This document shows positions 1 to 10,607 of a DNA stretch of 64,000 nt, in pieces (positions within the stretch are counted from its first letter, which is position 1; every line of letters starts with the position of its first letter). The DNA is from Betaproteobacteria bacterium (lineage in GTDB: Bacteria > Pseudomonadota > Gammaproteobacteria > Burkholderiales > SG8-39), in NCBI GenBank assembly GCA_005881575.1, contig VBCA01000006.1:15954-79953 (forward strand), read 5' to 3'. The position numbers were made by a program, and so were the translations under genes. The notes beneath the pieces were generated by a model. It worked only from the letters and a program-made list of their open reading frames with translations. It was not told the origin of the DNA and searched no databases.

Positions 1-333
1 GGGGTACGGGATCCCGAGCGGCCCGACCGCCAGTTCCACCCCGGGTTTCCATTCGCGAAAAACGAGCGGAGCCTTGGGGGCCACCACGACCGGCAGCGCG
101 GTCCTCGCCCCGCGCCGCCGCAGGGCCGCAGCCATATGGCGCGCGTCGTATTCGTTCCGGTAAGGCCAACAAAATGCCAGTATTCCGTGCACCAGATCCG
201 GGAACGCGCGTTCAAGGTGGTGGTCAATCCGCGAGCGCAGTTCGGCGAGCGCCTCCGGGGCAAGCGCTTCGCGCTCCCGTAAAAGCCTTGTGCGCTCGTT
301 CTTGCGCCAGTTGGAAAGGTCCGAAGGAGTCAT
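1..333 (-). CDS. fau: 5-formyltetrahydrofolate cyclo-ligase (5' part; runs off the window start)
   Basis: Not in the ORF track. Manual translation from ATG at 333 gives MTPSDLSNWRKNERTRLLREREAL...LAFCWPYRNEYDAR...TALPVVVAPKAPLVFREWKPGVELAVGPLGIPYP, typical of YgfA/Fau. Divergent from slt. Confidence 0.8.
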   Translation of the reverse strand, partial: MTPSDLSNWRKNERTRLLREREALAPEALAELRSRIDHHLERAFPDLVHGILAFCWPYRNEYDARHMAAALRRRGARTALPVVVAPKAPLVFREWKPGVELAVGPLGIPYP

Positions 334-398
334 GTTTGGGGGCCTTTATCTGGCACGGAAAATGCCTGTATTCTATCAAAAGGAGGAAGTAAATCTTG

Positions 399-2357
399 AT
401 GCGAGCGCTGCTCCGTCCGGTTTGTCTTGCCGTCGCCCTCGCCGCGGCCCCGCCAGGCCACGCGGCGACGCTCGATCCGCAGGACGCGGCATTGCTTGCC
501 GCGCGCGATGCCTTCGAAGCGAATCACCGGGCCAAGCTCGCGACGCTCGCGCCAAAGCTCAAAGGCCATCTGCTCGAGCCTTATGTCGAGTACTGGCAGC
601 TCTTCTTCAGGCTTCCGGGGGCATCCGCCGAGGACGTTCGCGACTTCCTTTCCCGGTACCCGGGCACCGCGCTCGCCGAGCAGCTGCGCGCCGATTGGCT
701 CAAGGTGCTCGGCAGGAGCGGACGATGGGAGTTGTTCCAGGCGGAGTATGCGGCGCTCTCCGGCGACGATCCCGAGGTGACCTGCTATATGCTGCTCGCG
801 CGCTGGAAGCGCGAGGATGCGTCGGTGCTCGGTGATTTCAGGTCCTTCTGGAACGCGCCGCGTGAACTCCCCGAAGGCTGCCTCGCTCTGGCCCGCGCGA
901 TCTACAGCTCCGGCCAACTCGGCTCGCGCGAAGCCTGGGAGCGGTTTCGCGCGCTGGTCGGCGCCGGGGCGATGAGTGCGGCCAAGCGCACCATGGCGTT
1001 TCTGCCGCGCGGCGAAGCCATCGACGCGAAACGGCTCGCGGCGGTCATCCGCGCCCCGGTCAAGTTTCTCAGGAATCCGCACGTGGATCTGGCCAAGGTG
1101 ACCGATCGAGAGCTGGTCATCGCCGCCCTCACGCTGGCTGCCGACGCGGACCCGCGGGCTGCCGCGGGGCTCTGGAGCGGCGGCCTGAGCGATGCCTTTC
1201 CCGTCGAAGACCGCAGGTACGTCTGGCTGATGCTGGCCATGAGCGGCGCGCTCCGACAGGTGCCCGAGGCGCTCGACTGGTTCGGCGAGCCGGGAGCGCT
1301 CACCGACGAGCAGCTGGGCTGGCGTGCGCGAATCGCGATGAGGACAGGCAGGTGGGCCGAGGTCCGAAGCTCGATCGACCGGATGTCTGCGCTCGCGAAG
1401 AGCGATCCGGTGTGGATCTACTGGTACGGCCGGGCCGAGCGCGCGCTCGGCAGCCCGCTGGAAGCCGAAGGCTATTTCGAGCGCATCGCCGGAGAGCACA
1501 GCTTCTACGGGCGCCTTGCCGCCGAGGAGCTCGGCGTGAGCCTGCGGATTCCGGCCCGGGCTCCTCTGCCCACTGAAAACGAGATCGCCGAGGTCGCGGC
1601 CATTCCCGGGCTCGCGCGCGCTCTCGCGCTCTACCGCCTGGACATGCGGACCGAGGCGACGAAGGAGTGGCTCTGGACCATCCGCGGCATGGACGATCGC
1701 CAGCTGCTCGCGGCGGCTGAGCTCGCGCGCCGCAATGAAGCCTGGGACAGGGCCATCGGTACTGCGGACAAAACGGTATTCGCCCACAATTTTTTAATTC
1801 GCTACCTTGCGCCCTATCGCGAGGTGCTCGCCGAGAAAGCGCGCGCGCGCGATCTCGAGGAGCCCTGGGTGCTGGGTGTGGTGCGCCAGGAAAGCCGTTT
1901 CATCACCGGCGCGAAATCTTCCGCCGGGGCCACCGGCCTCATGCAGGTGATGCGCCCGACCGCGAAGTGGGTGGCGCAGAGAATGCGCATGAAGAACTTC
2001 TCCTGGGCGCGGCTTCACGAGCCGGATCTCAATGCCGCGCTCGGCACGTATTATCTCAAGCACGTCCTCAATCAGTTCGACGGCAGCCCCGTTCTCGCCG
2101 CGGCAGCGTACAACGCCGGTCCCACGCGCGCCCGCCTGTGGCGCGGTACGGCCCCGGTCGAGGGCGCGATCTTCGTCGAGACCATTCCCTTCGGCGAGAC
2201 GCGCGACTACGTGAAGAAGGTGATGACGAACACGGTTTACTACGCCGCCGTCCTCGGCATCGAGCCAATCTCCTTAAAGGCGCGCCTGGGCATGGTCCTG
2301 CCTCGCCGCTCCTCCGAGGGCGTGGCGGCGATCCGGAGCCAGCCGGTCGTCCAATAG
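399..2357 (+). CDS. slt: Soluble lytic murein transglycosylase (Slt70-like)
   Basis: Signal peptide and superhelical N-terminal region. C-terminal SLT motifs [39 protein letters not shown] upstream. Confidence 0.93.
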   Translation: MRALLRPVCLAVALAAAPPGHAATLDPQDAALLAARDAFEANHRAKLATLAPKLKGHLLEPYVEYWQLFFRLPGASAEDVRDFLSRYPGTALAEQLRADWLKVLGRSGRWELFQAEYAALSGDDPEVTCYMLLARWKREDASVLGDFRSFWNAPRELPEGCLALARAIYSSGQLGSREAWERFRALVGAGAMSAAKRTMAFLPRGEAIDAKRLAAVIRAPVKFLRNPHVDLAKVTDRELVIAALTLAADADPRAAAGLWSGGLSDAFPVEDRRYVWLMLAMSGALRQVPEALDWFGEPGALTDEQLGWRARIAMRTGRWAEVRSSIDRMSALAKSDPVWIYWYGRAERALGSPLEAEGYFERIAGEHSFYGRLAAEELGVSLRIPARAPLPTENEIAEVAAIPGLARALALYRLDMRTEATKEWLWTIRGMDDRQLLAAAELARRNEAWDRAIGTADKTVFAHNFLIRYLAPYREVLAEKARARDLEEPWVLGVVRQESRFITGAKSSAGATGLMQVMRPTAKWVAQRMRMKNFSWARLHEPDLNAALGTYYLKHVLNQFDGSPVLAAAAYNAGPTRARLWRGTAPVEGAIFVETIPFGETRDYVKKVMTNTVYYAAVLGIEPISLKARLGMVLPRRSSEGVAAIRSQPVVQ

Positions 2358-2442
2358 GGTTTTTCGCGGGACCATCGAAGCGGTCGGGCGCACCTGCCCG
2401 GGGCGCTTCGAGGTTACACTAGCGCTTTCCCCTGGCAGCAGC

Positions 2443-3393
2443 ATGAGTCGCATTCTGGTCATCGGCGGCAGCGGCTTTGTCGGCCGGCATCTCGTGCGCC
2501 AGCTCGTCGAAGACGAGCACTTCGTGGTCGTGCCCACGCGCCGGCGCGAGCGGGCCAAGCACCTGATTCTCCTGCCGACGGTCGATGTGGTCGAGGCCGA
2601 CGTGCACGAACCGGACACACTCGCGAAGCTCACCGCTGGCTGCGACGCGGTCGTGAATCTCGTCGGGATCCTGCATGGGCGCCCGGGCCGCCCCTATGGA
2701 CCGGAGTTCGCACGTGCGCACGTCGAGCTGCCGAAAAAAATCGTCGAGGCGTGCAGCAAGAAGCGCGTGCCGCGCCTGCTGCACATGAGTGCGCTGCATG
2801 CCCACGCCGACGCTCCCAGCCAATACCTGCGTTCCAAGGGCGAGGGCGAGGCCTGGGTGCTCGCGGCCCAGAACGAGCAGGCGGTGACGGTGTTCCGGCC
2901 GTCGGTGATATTCGGCCCCGAGGATCAGTTTCTCAATACGTTCGCCGAGCTCCAGCGCTGGCTCCCGCTCGTTCTGCTTCCCAACCCGCAGGCGCGCTTC
3001 CAGCCTGTCTACGTCGAGGACGTAGCGCGCTGTTTCAGGGCGAGCCTCGCCGACCGCGACAGCATCGGCAAACGCTATGATTTGTGCGGGCCGCGCGTTT
3101 ATACCTTGCGCGAGCTCGTGAAGTACTCAGGAAGCGCGAGCGGCCACCCGCGGCCGGTCATCGGCCTTTCCGACCGTCTTTCTTTCCTCTGCGCCTGGGC
3201 CATGGAATGGAAGCCGGGCAAGAAGCTCTTGTCGCGCGACAACTACAATTCGATGAAAGTGGACAGCGTTTCGAACAGCCCGTTTCCCTTCTCCATCCAG
3301 CCCACGCCGCTTGAGGCGGTCGCGCCCGTCTACCTGCGCGGCGTCTTCCCGCGCTCGCGCTACAGCTGGTTCCGCTACAAGGCGGGCCGCTAG
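2443..3393 (+). CDS. NDUFA9-like NAD(P)-binding SDR/epimerase family protein
   Basis: GGSGFVG Rossmann motif, [35 protein letters not shown]. Confidence 0.88.
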   Translation: MSRILVIGGSGFVGRHLVRQLVEDEHFVVVPTRRRERAKHLILLPTVDVVEADVHEPDTLAKLTAGCDAVVNLVGILHGRPGRPYGPEFARAHVELPKKIVEACSKKRVPRLLHMSALHAHADAPSQYLRSKGEGEAWVLAAQNEQAVTVFRPSVIFGPEDQFLNTFAELQRWLPLVLLPNPQARFQPVYVEDVARCFRASLADRDSIGKRYDLCGPRVYTLRELVKYSGSASGHPRPVIGLSDRLSFLCAWAMEWKPGKKLLSRDNYNSMKVDSVSNSPFPFSIQPTPLEAVAPVYLRGVFPRSRYSWFRYKAGR

Positions 3394-3408
3394 ACATTCT
3401 CCCCGATC

Positions 3409-4068
3409 ATGGCAGCCCGGACTCTGGTCATCGGCAACAGGAACTACTCGTCCTGGTCTTTGCGGCCGTGGTTGTTCATGAAACAGAACGGAATCGCTTT
3501 CGAAGAAGTTCGCATTCCCTTGTACCAGGCGAGCTCGAAAGAGCGCCTGCTGAGGTACTCGCCATCCGGGAAGGTTCCCGTGCTGGTGGAGGGGGAAACC
3601 CGCGTCTGGGATTCCCTTGCCATCCTCGAATATCTCGCGGAAACGCATCCGGGCACCCGGGGCTGGCCCGCCGACGCGGTCGCGCGGGCTACCGCGCGGT
3701 CCGTATGCGCCGAAATGCACTCGGGCTTTCCCGCCCTGCGCCAGCACCTGTCGATGAACGTGCGCAAGGTGTTCGCGCCGCGCACCTGGCCCATTGAGGT
3801 CTCTGAGGAGATCGAACGCATCCAATCGCTGTGGCAGAGCTGCCGCGAGCGCCACGGGACGGGCGGCCCGTTCCTTTTCGGCCGTTTCTCAGCAGCCGAC
3901 GCCATGTACGCGCCGGTCGTGTGGCGCTTCGTCGGCTACGCGGTGCCGCTCGCGCCGGCGGCGCGCGCCTACTGCGACGCAATGCTCGCCTTGCCGCCGA
4001 TGCAGGAATGGCGCGCGGCCGCAAGAGCCGAGGCGGAGACGCTGCCGCAGTTCGAGATGGGGCCCTGA
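3409..4068 (+). CDS. Glutathione S-transferase family protein
   Basis: NYSSWSLRPW, SPSGKVPVL, WDSLAILEYL, AEMHSGF, FSAADAMYAPV. Confidence 0.92.
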   Translation: MAARTLVIGNRNYSSWSLRPWLFMKQNGIAFEEVRIPLYQASSKERLLRYSPSGKVPVLVEGETRVWDSLAILEYLAETHPGTRGWPADAVARATARSVCAEMHSGFPALRQHLSMNVRKVFAPRTWPIEVSEEIERIQSLWQSCRERHGTGGPFLFGRFSAADAMYAPVVWRFVGYAVPLAPAARAYCDAMLALPPMQEWRAAARAEAETLPQFEMGP

Positions 4069-4081
4069 AAGGCAGGTTCCG

Positions 4082-5215
4082 GTGAAGATTTACGCCGTCG
4101 GCGGGGCGGTGCGCGACGAGCTCCTCGGGCTACCCGTGGCGGATCGCGACCACGTCGTGGTCGGGAGCACGCCGGAGGAGATGGTGCGACTCGGCTATAA
4201 GCCCGTGGGCAAGGATTTCCCGGTGTTCCTGCATCCGCGAACCCACGAGGAGCACGCTCTCGCGCGCACCGAGCGCAAGGTCGCGCGCGGCTACAAGGGC
4301 TTCCAGATCCACGCCGCGCCCGACGTCACGCTCGAGCAAGACCTCGCGCGGCGCGATCTGACCATCAACGCATTAGCGCGCGACGAGGCCGGGCAGCTCA
4401 TCGATCCGTTCGGCGGCGCGGCCGATCTCGAGCGCGGGCTGCTGCGGCACGTGAGCCCCGCGTTCGTCGAGGACCCGGTGCGGATCCTGCGGGTCGCGCG
4501 CTTTGCTGCGCGCTTCGGTTTTGCGGTCGCGCCCGAGACCATGGCGTTGATGCGCTCGATGGTCGCAAACGGCGAGGCGGACGCGCTCGTGCCCGAGCGC
4601 GTGTGGCAGGAGTTCTCCAGGGGCCTGATGGAGGGCGATGCGGCTCTCATGTTCCCGGTCCTCGCCGAAGCGGGGCTCCTCGAGAAGCTGCTTCCCGAGT
4701 TGAACCTCGCTTTTGAACACGGCCGCCCGGCGAACGACGCCGCCCGCGTTCTCGTCCGCTCGCTCGAGTGCGCCGCCGCCGAGCGGCTGGGCCTCGCGCC
4801 GCGCTTCGCTCTGGTCGCCTGCGGCGCGCCCACCGTCCGGGCGACGCGCGCGCTGAGCGAGCGCCTCAAGGCGCCCGGCGACTGCCGTGACCTTGCCCTG
4901 CTCGCCCGGCAGCACGGCGAGACGATAAAGCACGCCCCCACGCTGGGTGCGCCGGACCTGCTTGCGCTGCTTGAGCATTGCGACGCCCTGCGCAGGTCCG
5001 AGCGCTTCGACGAGCTGCTCGCGGTCCTCGCCTGCGTCGAGCGGGGCGAGCGCGGCTGGACGGAAAGTCCCTACATGCCGCGCGTGGTCCTGCGGCGGGC
5101 GCTCGCCGCGGCTGCCGGGGTCGATGCCGCGAAAATCGCCGCCCGGAGCGCGAAATCCGATATCGCCGCAAAGCTGCGCCGCGCGCGGATCGCCGCAATC
5201 GAAGGATTGGTCTGA
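4082..5215 (+). CDS. cca: CCA tRNA nucleotidyltransferase (HD domain degenerate)
   Basis: GTG start at 4082. Motifs VGGAVRDELLG, DRD, VGKDFPVF, ARTERK, DLARRDLTINA, EDPVRILRVARF. Confidence 0.92.
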   Translation: MKIYAVGGAVRDELLGLPVADRDHVVVGSTPEEMVRLGYKPVGKDFPVFLHPRTHEEHALARTERKVARGYKGFQIHAAPDVTLEQDLARRDLTINALARDEAGQLIDPFGGAADLERGLLRHVSPAFVEDPVRILRVARFAARFGFAVAPETMALMRSMVANGEADALVPERVWQEFSRGLMEGDAALMFPVLAEAGLLEKLLPELNLAFEHGRPANDAARVLVRSLECAAAERLGLAPRFALVACGAPTVRATRALSERLKAPGDCRDLALLARQHGETIKHAPTLGAPDLLALLEHCDALRRSERFDELLAVLACVERGERGWTESPYMPRVVLRRALAAAAGVDAAKIAARSAKSDIAAKLRRARIAAIEGLV

Positions 5216-5216
5216 G

Positions 5217-6665
5217 ATGGAACCTCGATCCGAAACCGATATGCCGTGGGACGATCTCAAGCAGAATCTCCTCGCCGGCACGCGCCTTGCGCTTTTCCTG
5301 CCGGTGCGTGCGCTCGACTTCCGCATCTCGATCGGGCAGTACGCGGCGCTGGTGTTCGTGAGCCTTGGGTTCTGGCTCGTCGGGGGCATGCTGCGCGCGG
5401 GTTTTCCGGGCACCGTCGATTTCGGCGCGCTCACCGCCGGGCTCGCGGAGATCCCGCTCGTGCTCGGCACCTGTCTTCTTGCCGCGAGAGTGTTTCGCGA
5501 AGCGCAGCTCGCCCTGGCGTTCGCGGTATTGCTCGTCGCGACGGACCCCGTTTTCGAAGTCGCTGGAGCCGCGGTCCAGGCGGCGATGCGCCTGGGAGCG
5601 GTCGAACTCGACGCGGACGCCGTGTATTGGGCGTTTGTCGTGTGGGGCTTCGCCGTGCTTCCGCGCACCCTTTACGTCCTCACCGGATGGCGCGGCCGTC
5701 CTTCGGTGCTCGCGTTCGGCCTTTTTGCGGGGCTCCTCGCGATCCTCGTCGCGGTTTTTCCGCGCAGCGAGCTTTGGATCGCGGCCCGGGATGACGGAGC
5801 CGGAGCTGCGCGTCCGCGGCTGACTCAGGAGGAAGTGTTCCACCGGCAGGGGGTCCTGCTCGATGAGCAGCTTGCCGCGCTCAGCCCGGAGCGGCACGGC
5901 GTCGTGGACCTGTATTTCGTCGGAGTTGCAGGCGACAGCGGGCAGGACACTTTCTACTCGGAGGTGGTTTCGGTCAAGGAGCTGCTCGAGGAGCGTTTCG
6001 ACGCCGCGGGAAGGTCGATCGCGCTCATCAACAATACCGCGACCCTGAAGAATTATCCCATCGCCACGGCCAGCAACCTGCGCGCCACGCTTGCGCATCT
6101 CGGCGACGTGATCAATACCGACGAGGACATCGTGCTCCTGCACATCGCCACTCACGGGGACAATGATTACAGACTTGTGCTGGATCTCCCACCGCTCGAG
6201 CTCGCGCAGCTCACCCCGAGCGCTCTCGCGCGCATGCTCGCCGACAGCGGCATCAAGTGGAAGGTGATCGTGATCTCGGCGTGTTTCTCCGGGGGATACA
6301 TCGAACCGCTCAAGGACGACAACACCCTCATCATCACCGCCGCGGACGCGTTCCACTCCTCCTTCGGCTGCGACTACGAGAGCGACTACACCTGGTTCAG
6401 CCAGGCGTTCTACGACGAGGCGCTGCGCGACACCTTCTCGTTTGCCGAGGCGTTCGAGGCTGCGAAAGAAACGGTAGACGACCGGGAACGGGCCGAGGGG
6501 TATCCGCCCTCCAACCCGCAGATGTTCGAGGGCGCCGCGATGAAGAAGAAGCTCGCTGCGCTCGAGAAGCGCCTCGCCGCGAGGGAAGCCGAGCCCGTTC
6601 AGAGGAGCCGCGCGAGCAGCGTCAGGGCGAGCGAAAGCACGATCGTGGTGGCGAAGGGAAGGTAA
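5217..6665 (+). CDS. Membrane-anchored peptidase C13 (legumain-like) family protein
   Basis: N-terminal hydrophobic TM segments. Clan CD dyad motifs ATHG (His) and ISACFSGG (Cys), plus SFGC and SNPQ. ATG lies 1 nt after the cca stop. Confidence 0.85.
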   Translation: MEPRSETDMPWDDLKQNLLAGTRLALFLPVRALDFRISIGQYAALVFVSLGFWLVGGMLRAGFPGTVDFGALTAGLAEIPLVLGTCLLAARVFREAQLALAFAVLLVATDPVFEVAGAAVQAAMRLGAVELDADAVYWAFVVWGFAVLPRTLYVLTGWRGRPSVLAFGLFAGLLAILVAVFPRSELWIAARDDGAGAARPRLTQEEVFHRQGVLLDEQLAALSPERHGVVDLYFVGVAGDSGQDTFYSEVVSVKELLEERFDAAGRSIALINNTATLKNYPIATASNLRATLAHLGDVINTDEDIVLLHIATHGDNDYRLVLDLPPLELAQLTPSALARMLADSGIKWKVIVISACFSGGYIEPLKDDNTLIITAADAFHSSFGCDYESDYTWFSQAFYDEALRDTFSFAEAFEAAKETVDDRERAEGYPPSNPQMFEGAAMKKKLAALEKRLAAREAEPVQRSRASSVRASESTIVVAKGR

Positions 6666-6793
6666 TAGAGCCGCCCTTTGTAGCGCACGGTGAGGTCGCC
6701 GGGCAGCCGGCCCAGGCCGTATTTCGACAGCCACGGCGAAAGCACCGTGAGCACGACAAGGGCGATCGCGACCGCCAGCAGCCATTTCAGCAT
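6599..6793 (-). CDS. DUF2905 family small membrane protein
   Basis: GLGRLPGDL...YLPFATTIVLSL signature in a 64-aa two-TM protein. Confidence 0.85.
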   Translation of the reverse strand: MLKWLLAVAIALVVLTVLSPWLSKYGLGRLPGDLTVRYKGRLYYLPFATTIVLSLALTLLARLL

Positions 6794-6855
6794 GGCTTTA
6801 CTTTACCGGGGTTCACGATACACTGCGCGGCTTCCAAAACTCCCCGGGGAAAACG

Positions 6856-7473
6856 ATGATCGAGCTCTACACCTGGAGCACGCCCAACGGTCGCAAGATT
6901 TCCGTCATGCTGGAGGAATGCGGTCTCGCGTATAACGTCCACAAAATCAACATCGGCGCGGGCGATCAGTTCGCTCCCGATTACGTTGCCATCAACCCCA
7001 ACGCCAAGATTCCCTCTATCGTCGATCCGGACGGGCCCGACGGAAAGCCCATGCGGATGATGGAATCGGGCGCGATCCTCATCTACCTCTCGGCGAAAAC
7101 CGGGAAATTCCTGCCACGGAGCGACCGCGGCAAATACCTGGCGCTGCAATGGCTCATGTTCCAGATGGGCCACATCGGCCCGATGTTCGGCCAGGTGCAC
7201 CATTTCCTGCGTTCGGCGAAAGAGCAGGTGCCTTACGCCATCGAACGTTACACCAAGGAAAAAGACCGGCTCTACGCTGTTCTCGACCGGCGCCTGGGCG
7301 AGGCGGAGTACCTCGCCGCCGAGTATTCGATCGCGGACATCGCCACCTATCCCTGGGTCGCGCGTTACGAGTGGCACAAGACCGACTTGAATGTTTATCC
7401 GAACGTGAAACGCTGGTTCGGCGCGATCGGCGCGAGACCGGCGGTGAAGCGCGGAATGGCGGTTCCTTCGTGA
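6856..7473 (+). CDS. GST-like disulfide-bond oxidoreductase (YfcG/Nu class)
   Basis: TPNGRK, INPNAKIPSI, MESGAILIYL, QWLMFQMGHIGPMFGQ, YSIADIATYPW. Confidence 0.9.
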   Translation: MIELYTWSTPNGRKISVMLEECGLAYNVHKINIGAGDQFAPDYVAINPNAKIPSIVDPDGPDGKPMRMMESGAILIYLSAKTGKFLPRSDRGKYLALQWLMFQMGHIGPMFGQVHHFLRSAKEQVPYAIERYTKEKDRLYAVLDRRLGEAEYLAAEYSIADIATYPWVARYEWHKTDLNVYPNVKRWFGAIGARPAVKRGMAVPS

Positions 7474-8139
7474 TCAGCCTTTGCGCGCGTACTTGGCGAG
7501 GAAGGCGTTGATCTCCTCGACTCTCAGCCGCGGCTCGTCGGGCTCGGGCCGGCTGCCGACGACGCGATTCATCCACTTCATGTTCTTTTCCATGCGTTCG
7601 ACCACCGCGGGCCACTCCGACGCGGTGTGACGCCGCGGGTCCGGCAGCACGTGGCACTGCTGGCAGGCGAGCTTGAACGATTGCCCCTCGGGCCGGTTTA
7701 CTGCGGGATATTTCTTGGGGTCGAGCGGCCGCTGAGCGTGCTTCTGGAGATAGGCGAGCAGAGCTCCCGCTTCATCCACGCTCGGCGCCTCCACGCCCGC
7801 CATCATGTCCTCCATCAGCTCGCCGAGGTTGCCCTTGCCGCGCATGCGCACCACCATGCGCTCGAATATCGCCGGCCATTTCGCCGCGTGGTGCATCGCC
7901 GGATTGGGAAGGTTGTGGCACTGGACGCAGTACCGGACGACGAGGCGCGCACCGCGGGATCGGCGCTCGGGAAGCTGGTGCAGCTCGAACGTGGGAGGAA
8001 GAATGCGCTCGAGCATCTGACCGTGCGGGCTCTCGGCCCAGCGTCTTTTTGCCTGATCGACGAGCTGGGTCGCATCCTGCGCGCACGCGGGCGCGGCGGC
8101 AAGCGCGGCAGCGAAAACGAACGCGGCGATGCGCGGCAT
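7474..8139 (-). CDS. Periplasmic dihaem cytochrome c
   Basis: Signal peptide and two CxxCH motifs (CVQCH, CQQCH), each followed by P-x-P-x2-H-x4-W-x4-ERM. Confidence 0.8.
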   Translation of the reverse strand: MPRIAAFVFAAALAAAPACAQDATQLVDQAKRRWAESPHGQMLERILPPTFELHQLPERRSRGARLVVRYCVQCHNLPNPAMHHAAKWPAIFERMVVRMRGKGNLGELMEDMMAGVEAPSVDEAGALLAYLQKHAQRPLDPKKYPAVNRPEGQSFKLACQQCHVLPDPRRHTASEWPAVVERMEKNMKWMNRVVGSRPEPDEPRLRVEEINAFLAKYARKG

Positions 8140-8217
8140 GCCGCGATTATACTGACCTGGAAGTCACGTTCATCGGCCGCAGGGAACGCGGTCGGATGTC
8201 GAGTTAAAGGAGGCTTC

Positions 8218-9609
8218 ATGAGCACTGCTCAGTTCGACACGGTCATCATCGGCACCGGGCAATCGGCGAAGCCGCTCGCGCTGGCGCTCGCTCGCGCTGG
8301 CTGGAAAATCGCGGTGATCGAGCGCGAGCACGTCGGCGGGACCTGCATCAACGTCGGCTGCACGCCGACCAAGACCCTGGTGGCCAGCGCTCGCGTCGCT
8401 TATCTCGCTCGGCGCTCGAAAGACTACGGCGTCGGCACCGGTCCCGTGACGGTGGACATGCGTCGGGTGTACAAGCGCAAGCGCCGTATGGTCGAGAGCT
8501 TCCGCAATTACGTTCAGAAGACGCTCGAGAAAGCCGCCAATATCGAACTGATCTTCGGCGAGGCCCGATTCAAGAACGCGAAGCGCGTCGTCGTGGAACT
8601 GGAAAGCGGCGGCACGCGCGAACTCGAAGGCAAGCGCATCGTCATCAATACAGGCGGCCGGGCCGCAGCGCCGGCTATCCCTGGGCTCGACAGGATCCCT
8701 TTCCTCGATTCATCGAGCATCATGGACCTGACCGAGCTGCCCAGGCATCTCATCGTGCTCGGCGGCGGTTATATCGGCCTGGAGTTCTGCCAGATGTTCC
8801 GAAGGTTCGGTGCGCGCGTGACGGTCGTGAACCGCGATCCGCGGCTGATTCTGCGCGAAGACCCTGACGTTTCGGCCGAGGTCGAGAAAATCCTCAAGGA
8901 AGACGGAATCGCGATTCTCAACTCGACGCAGGTGACGCGTCTCGAAAAGATCAGAACGGGCGTGCGCGTGGTGCTCGAGACTGGCAAGGGCTCGAGGAGG
9001 ATCTCGGGCAGCCACCTGCTGCTCGCGCTCGGCCGGGTTCCGAATTCCGACCGCCTCAACCTCGGCGCCGCCGGCGTCGAGACCGACGCGTCGGGTTTCA
9101 TCAAGGTAAATTCGAAACTGGAAACGAACGTGCCGGATGTGTACGCCATCGGCGACGTCAAGGGCGGCCCTGCCTTCACCCACATTTCCTACGACGATTT
9201 CCGCATCCTGCGCGAGAACTGGCTGAACGGCGGCAACGCGACCATCGAAGGGCGGCTGGTGCCCAATTGCATGTTCATCGATCCGCAGCTCGCAACGGTA
9301 GGGCTGAACGAAACCGAGGCGCAAAGACGCGGCATCGACCACCGCGTGGCGAAACTGTCGATGAGAGGCGTGGCCCGGGCGCTGGAGATGAGCGAGACGC
9401 GCGGGTTCATGAAGGCGATCGTGGACGCAAAGACGCAACAGATTCTCGGCTGCACCGTTCTCGGCGTCGAAGGCGGGGAGATCATGTCGATGATGCAGAT
9501 CGCGATGATGGGGAAGCTTCCCTTCCCCGCGATCAAGGAAGCGATCTTCGCGCACCCTACGCTCGCCGAGTCGCTGAACAACCTCTTCATGACGCTCGAC
9601 CCGCGCTAA
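8218..9609 (+). CDS. Pyridine nucleotide-disulfide oxidoreductase, RclA/MerA-like (no MerA C-terminal Cys pair)
   Basis: SD AAGGAGG before ATG 8218. GTGQS, redox motif [35 protein letters not shown]-terminal [12 protein letters not shown]. Confidence 0.88.
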   Translation: MSTAQFDTVIIGTGQSAKPLALALARAGWKIAVIEREHVGGTCINVGCTPTKTLVASARVAYLARRSKDYGVGTGPVTVDMRRVYKRKRRMVESFRNYVQKTLEKAANIELIFGEARFKNAKRVVVELESGGTRELEGKRIVINTGGRAAAPAIPGLDRIPFLDSSSIMDLTELPRHLIVLGGGYIGLEFCQMFRRFGARVTVVNRDPRLILREDPDVSAEVEKILKEDGIAILNSTQVTRLEKIRTGVRVVLETGKGSRRISGSHLLLALGRVPNSDRLNLGAAGVETDASGFIKVNSKLETNVPDVYAIGDVKGGPAFTHISYDDFRILRENWLNGGNATIEGRLVPNCMFIDPQLATVGLNETEAQRRGIDHRVAKLSMRGVARALEMSETRGFMKAIVDAKTQQILGCTVLGVEGGEIMSMMQIAMMGKLPFPAIKEAIFAHPTLAESLNNLFMTLDPR

Positions 9610-9624
9610 AGCGGCGCCGCGCGC

Positions 9625-9849
9625 CTATTTCTTCGTCGATCCGGCTGCTTCCTTCTCGATCATCGGCTTCATCTCTCGCTCCTTCTTCTTCGCGGCCTTC
9701 TTCACATCGCCCTTCTTCATGCTTTCTTTCTTCATCTCGCCGTGCATGGGCTCGTCCATCTTCATGGGCTTCCCAGGTGCGTCCGCGGCCGAGGCGCCGG
9801 CGCCTGCCGCAAGGAACGTCGCCAGCGCGGCGATTTCAAGCGGTTTCAT
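9625..9849 (-). CDS. Small secreted Met/Lys-rich peptide (MXKDX-repeat-like)
   Basis: ATG overlaps the upstream TGA (TGATG). Signal peptide, then PMKMDEPMHGEMKKESMKKGD...EMKPMIEK. Confidence 0.7.
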   Translation of the reverse strand: MKPLEIAALATFLAAGAGASAADAPGKPMKMDEPMHGEMKKESMKKGDVKKAAKKKEREMKPMIEKEAAGSTKK

Positions 9850-10607
9850 CAGCTGCCGCTGAACCAGTTGTAGCCCTGGTCCTCCCAGTACCCTCCGGGA
9901 AACTCGTTGCTGACGAACATCGACATGATGTGCTTCGGGTTCTTGAAGCCGAGCTTGGTGGGGATCCGGAGTTTCATGGGAAAACCATATTTCGGCGGAA
10001 GGACCTGGTCTGCGAACCGGAAGGTGAGGAGCGTCTGTGGATGGAGTGCGGTCGCCATGTCGATGCTGGTGTAGTAGTCGTCGGCGCAGGTGAAGCCGAT
10101 GTATTTTGCGGAAGTGTCGGCGCCGACGCGTGCGAGGAAATCCGAAAAGCGCACGCCGCTCCACTTGCCGATCGCACTCCAGCCCTCGACGCAGATATGG
10201 CGCGTGATCTGAGAGGTCTGCGGCAGGCCGTAGAGCTCAGGCAGCGTCCAGGGTTTCTTCTCGCGGATCAGGCCCTCGAGCTCCAGCTTGTAGTCCTTGC
10301 CGTCCACGAGCGTGACCTCTTCCTCGCTGTAGAAGGCGTTGAAGGGGAAAGGCTTGGTGATTGCGCTCTCGGGATATTCCGGCGCGAGCTTGTTCGGATT
10401 GAAGAGCCAGCCTTGAGCGCGGTCGTTCCAGCGCGACATTCCCTTGAGCAGGCTCTGCACCCCTTCGTCGTCGGTCGGATCGCAGCCCGAGAGCAGCGCG
10501 AGCGCCCCGAGCGAGAGGCCTTGCTTCAGGAACAGCCGCCGCTCGATCGAGCGGACGAGCCCGGGCGAATGTCCGGCGAGACTTGTCTCCATCGTCCGTT
10601 TCTTCAT
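9849..10607 (-). CDS. Molybdopterin-dependent oxidoreductase, sulfite oxidase/MsrP(YedY)-like catalytic subunit
   Basis: Tat-like RRLFLK plus lipobox LSGC. HICVEGWS (Mo-ligand Cys), YGFPMKLRIPTKLGFKNPK, GGYWEDQGY. Confidence 0.85.
   Translation of the reverse strand: MKKRTMETSLAGHSPGLVRSIERRLFLKQGLSLGALALLSGCDPTDDEGVQSLLKGMSRWNDRAQGWLFNPNKLAPEYPESAITKPFPFNAFYSEEEVTLVDGKDYKLELEGLIREKKPWTLPELYGLPQTSQITRHICVEGWSAIGKWSGVRFSDFLARVGADTSAKYIGFTCADDYYTSIDMATALHPQTLLTFRFADQVLPPKYGFPMKLRIPTKLGFKNPKHIMSMFVSNEFPGGYWEDQGYNWFSGS

Noticed and set aside
4866-6785. Long antisense/alternate-frame ORFs (also 330-1787, 15726-17396, 20773-22836, 22954-24705, 31069-33243, 34946-37051, 51090-53726, 59847-61172)
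   Set aside because: Shadow ORFs expected in high-GC DNA opposite well-supported genes; Arg/Ala/Gly-rich with no family motifs.
8218-9609. Mercuric reductase merA
   Set aside because: No C-terminal Cys-Cys, no NmerA domain and no mer genes nearby.
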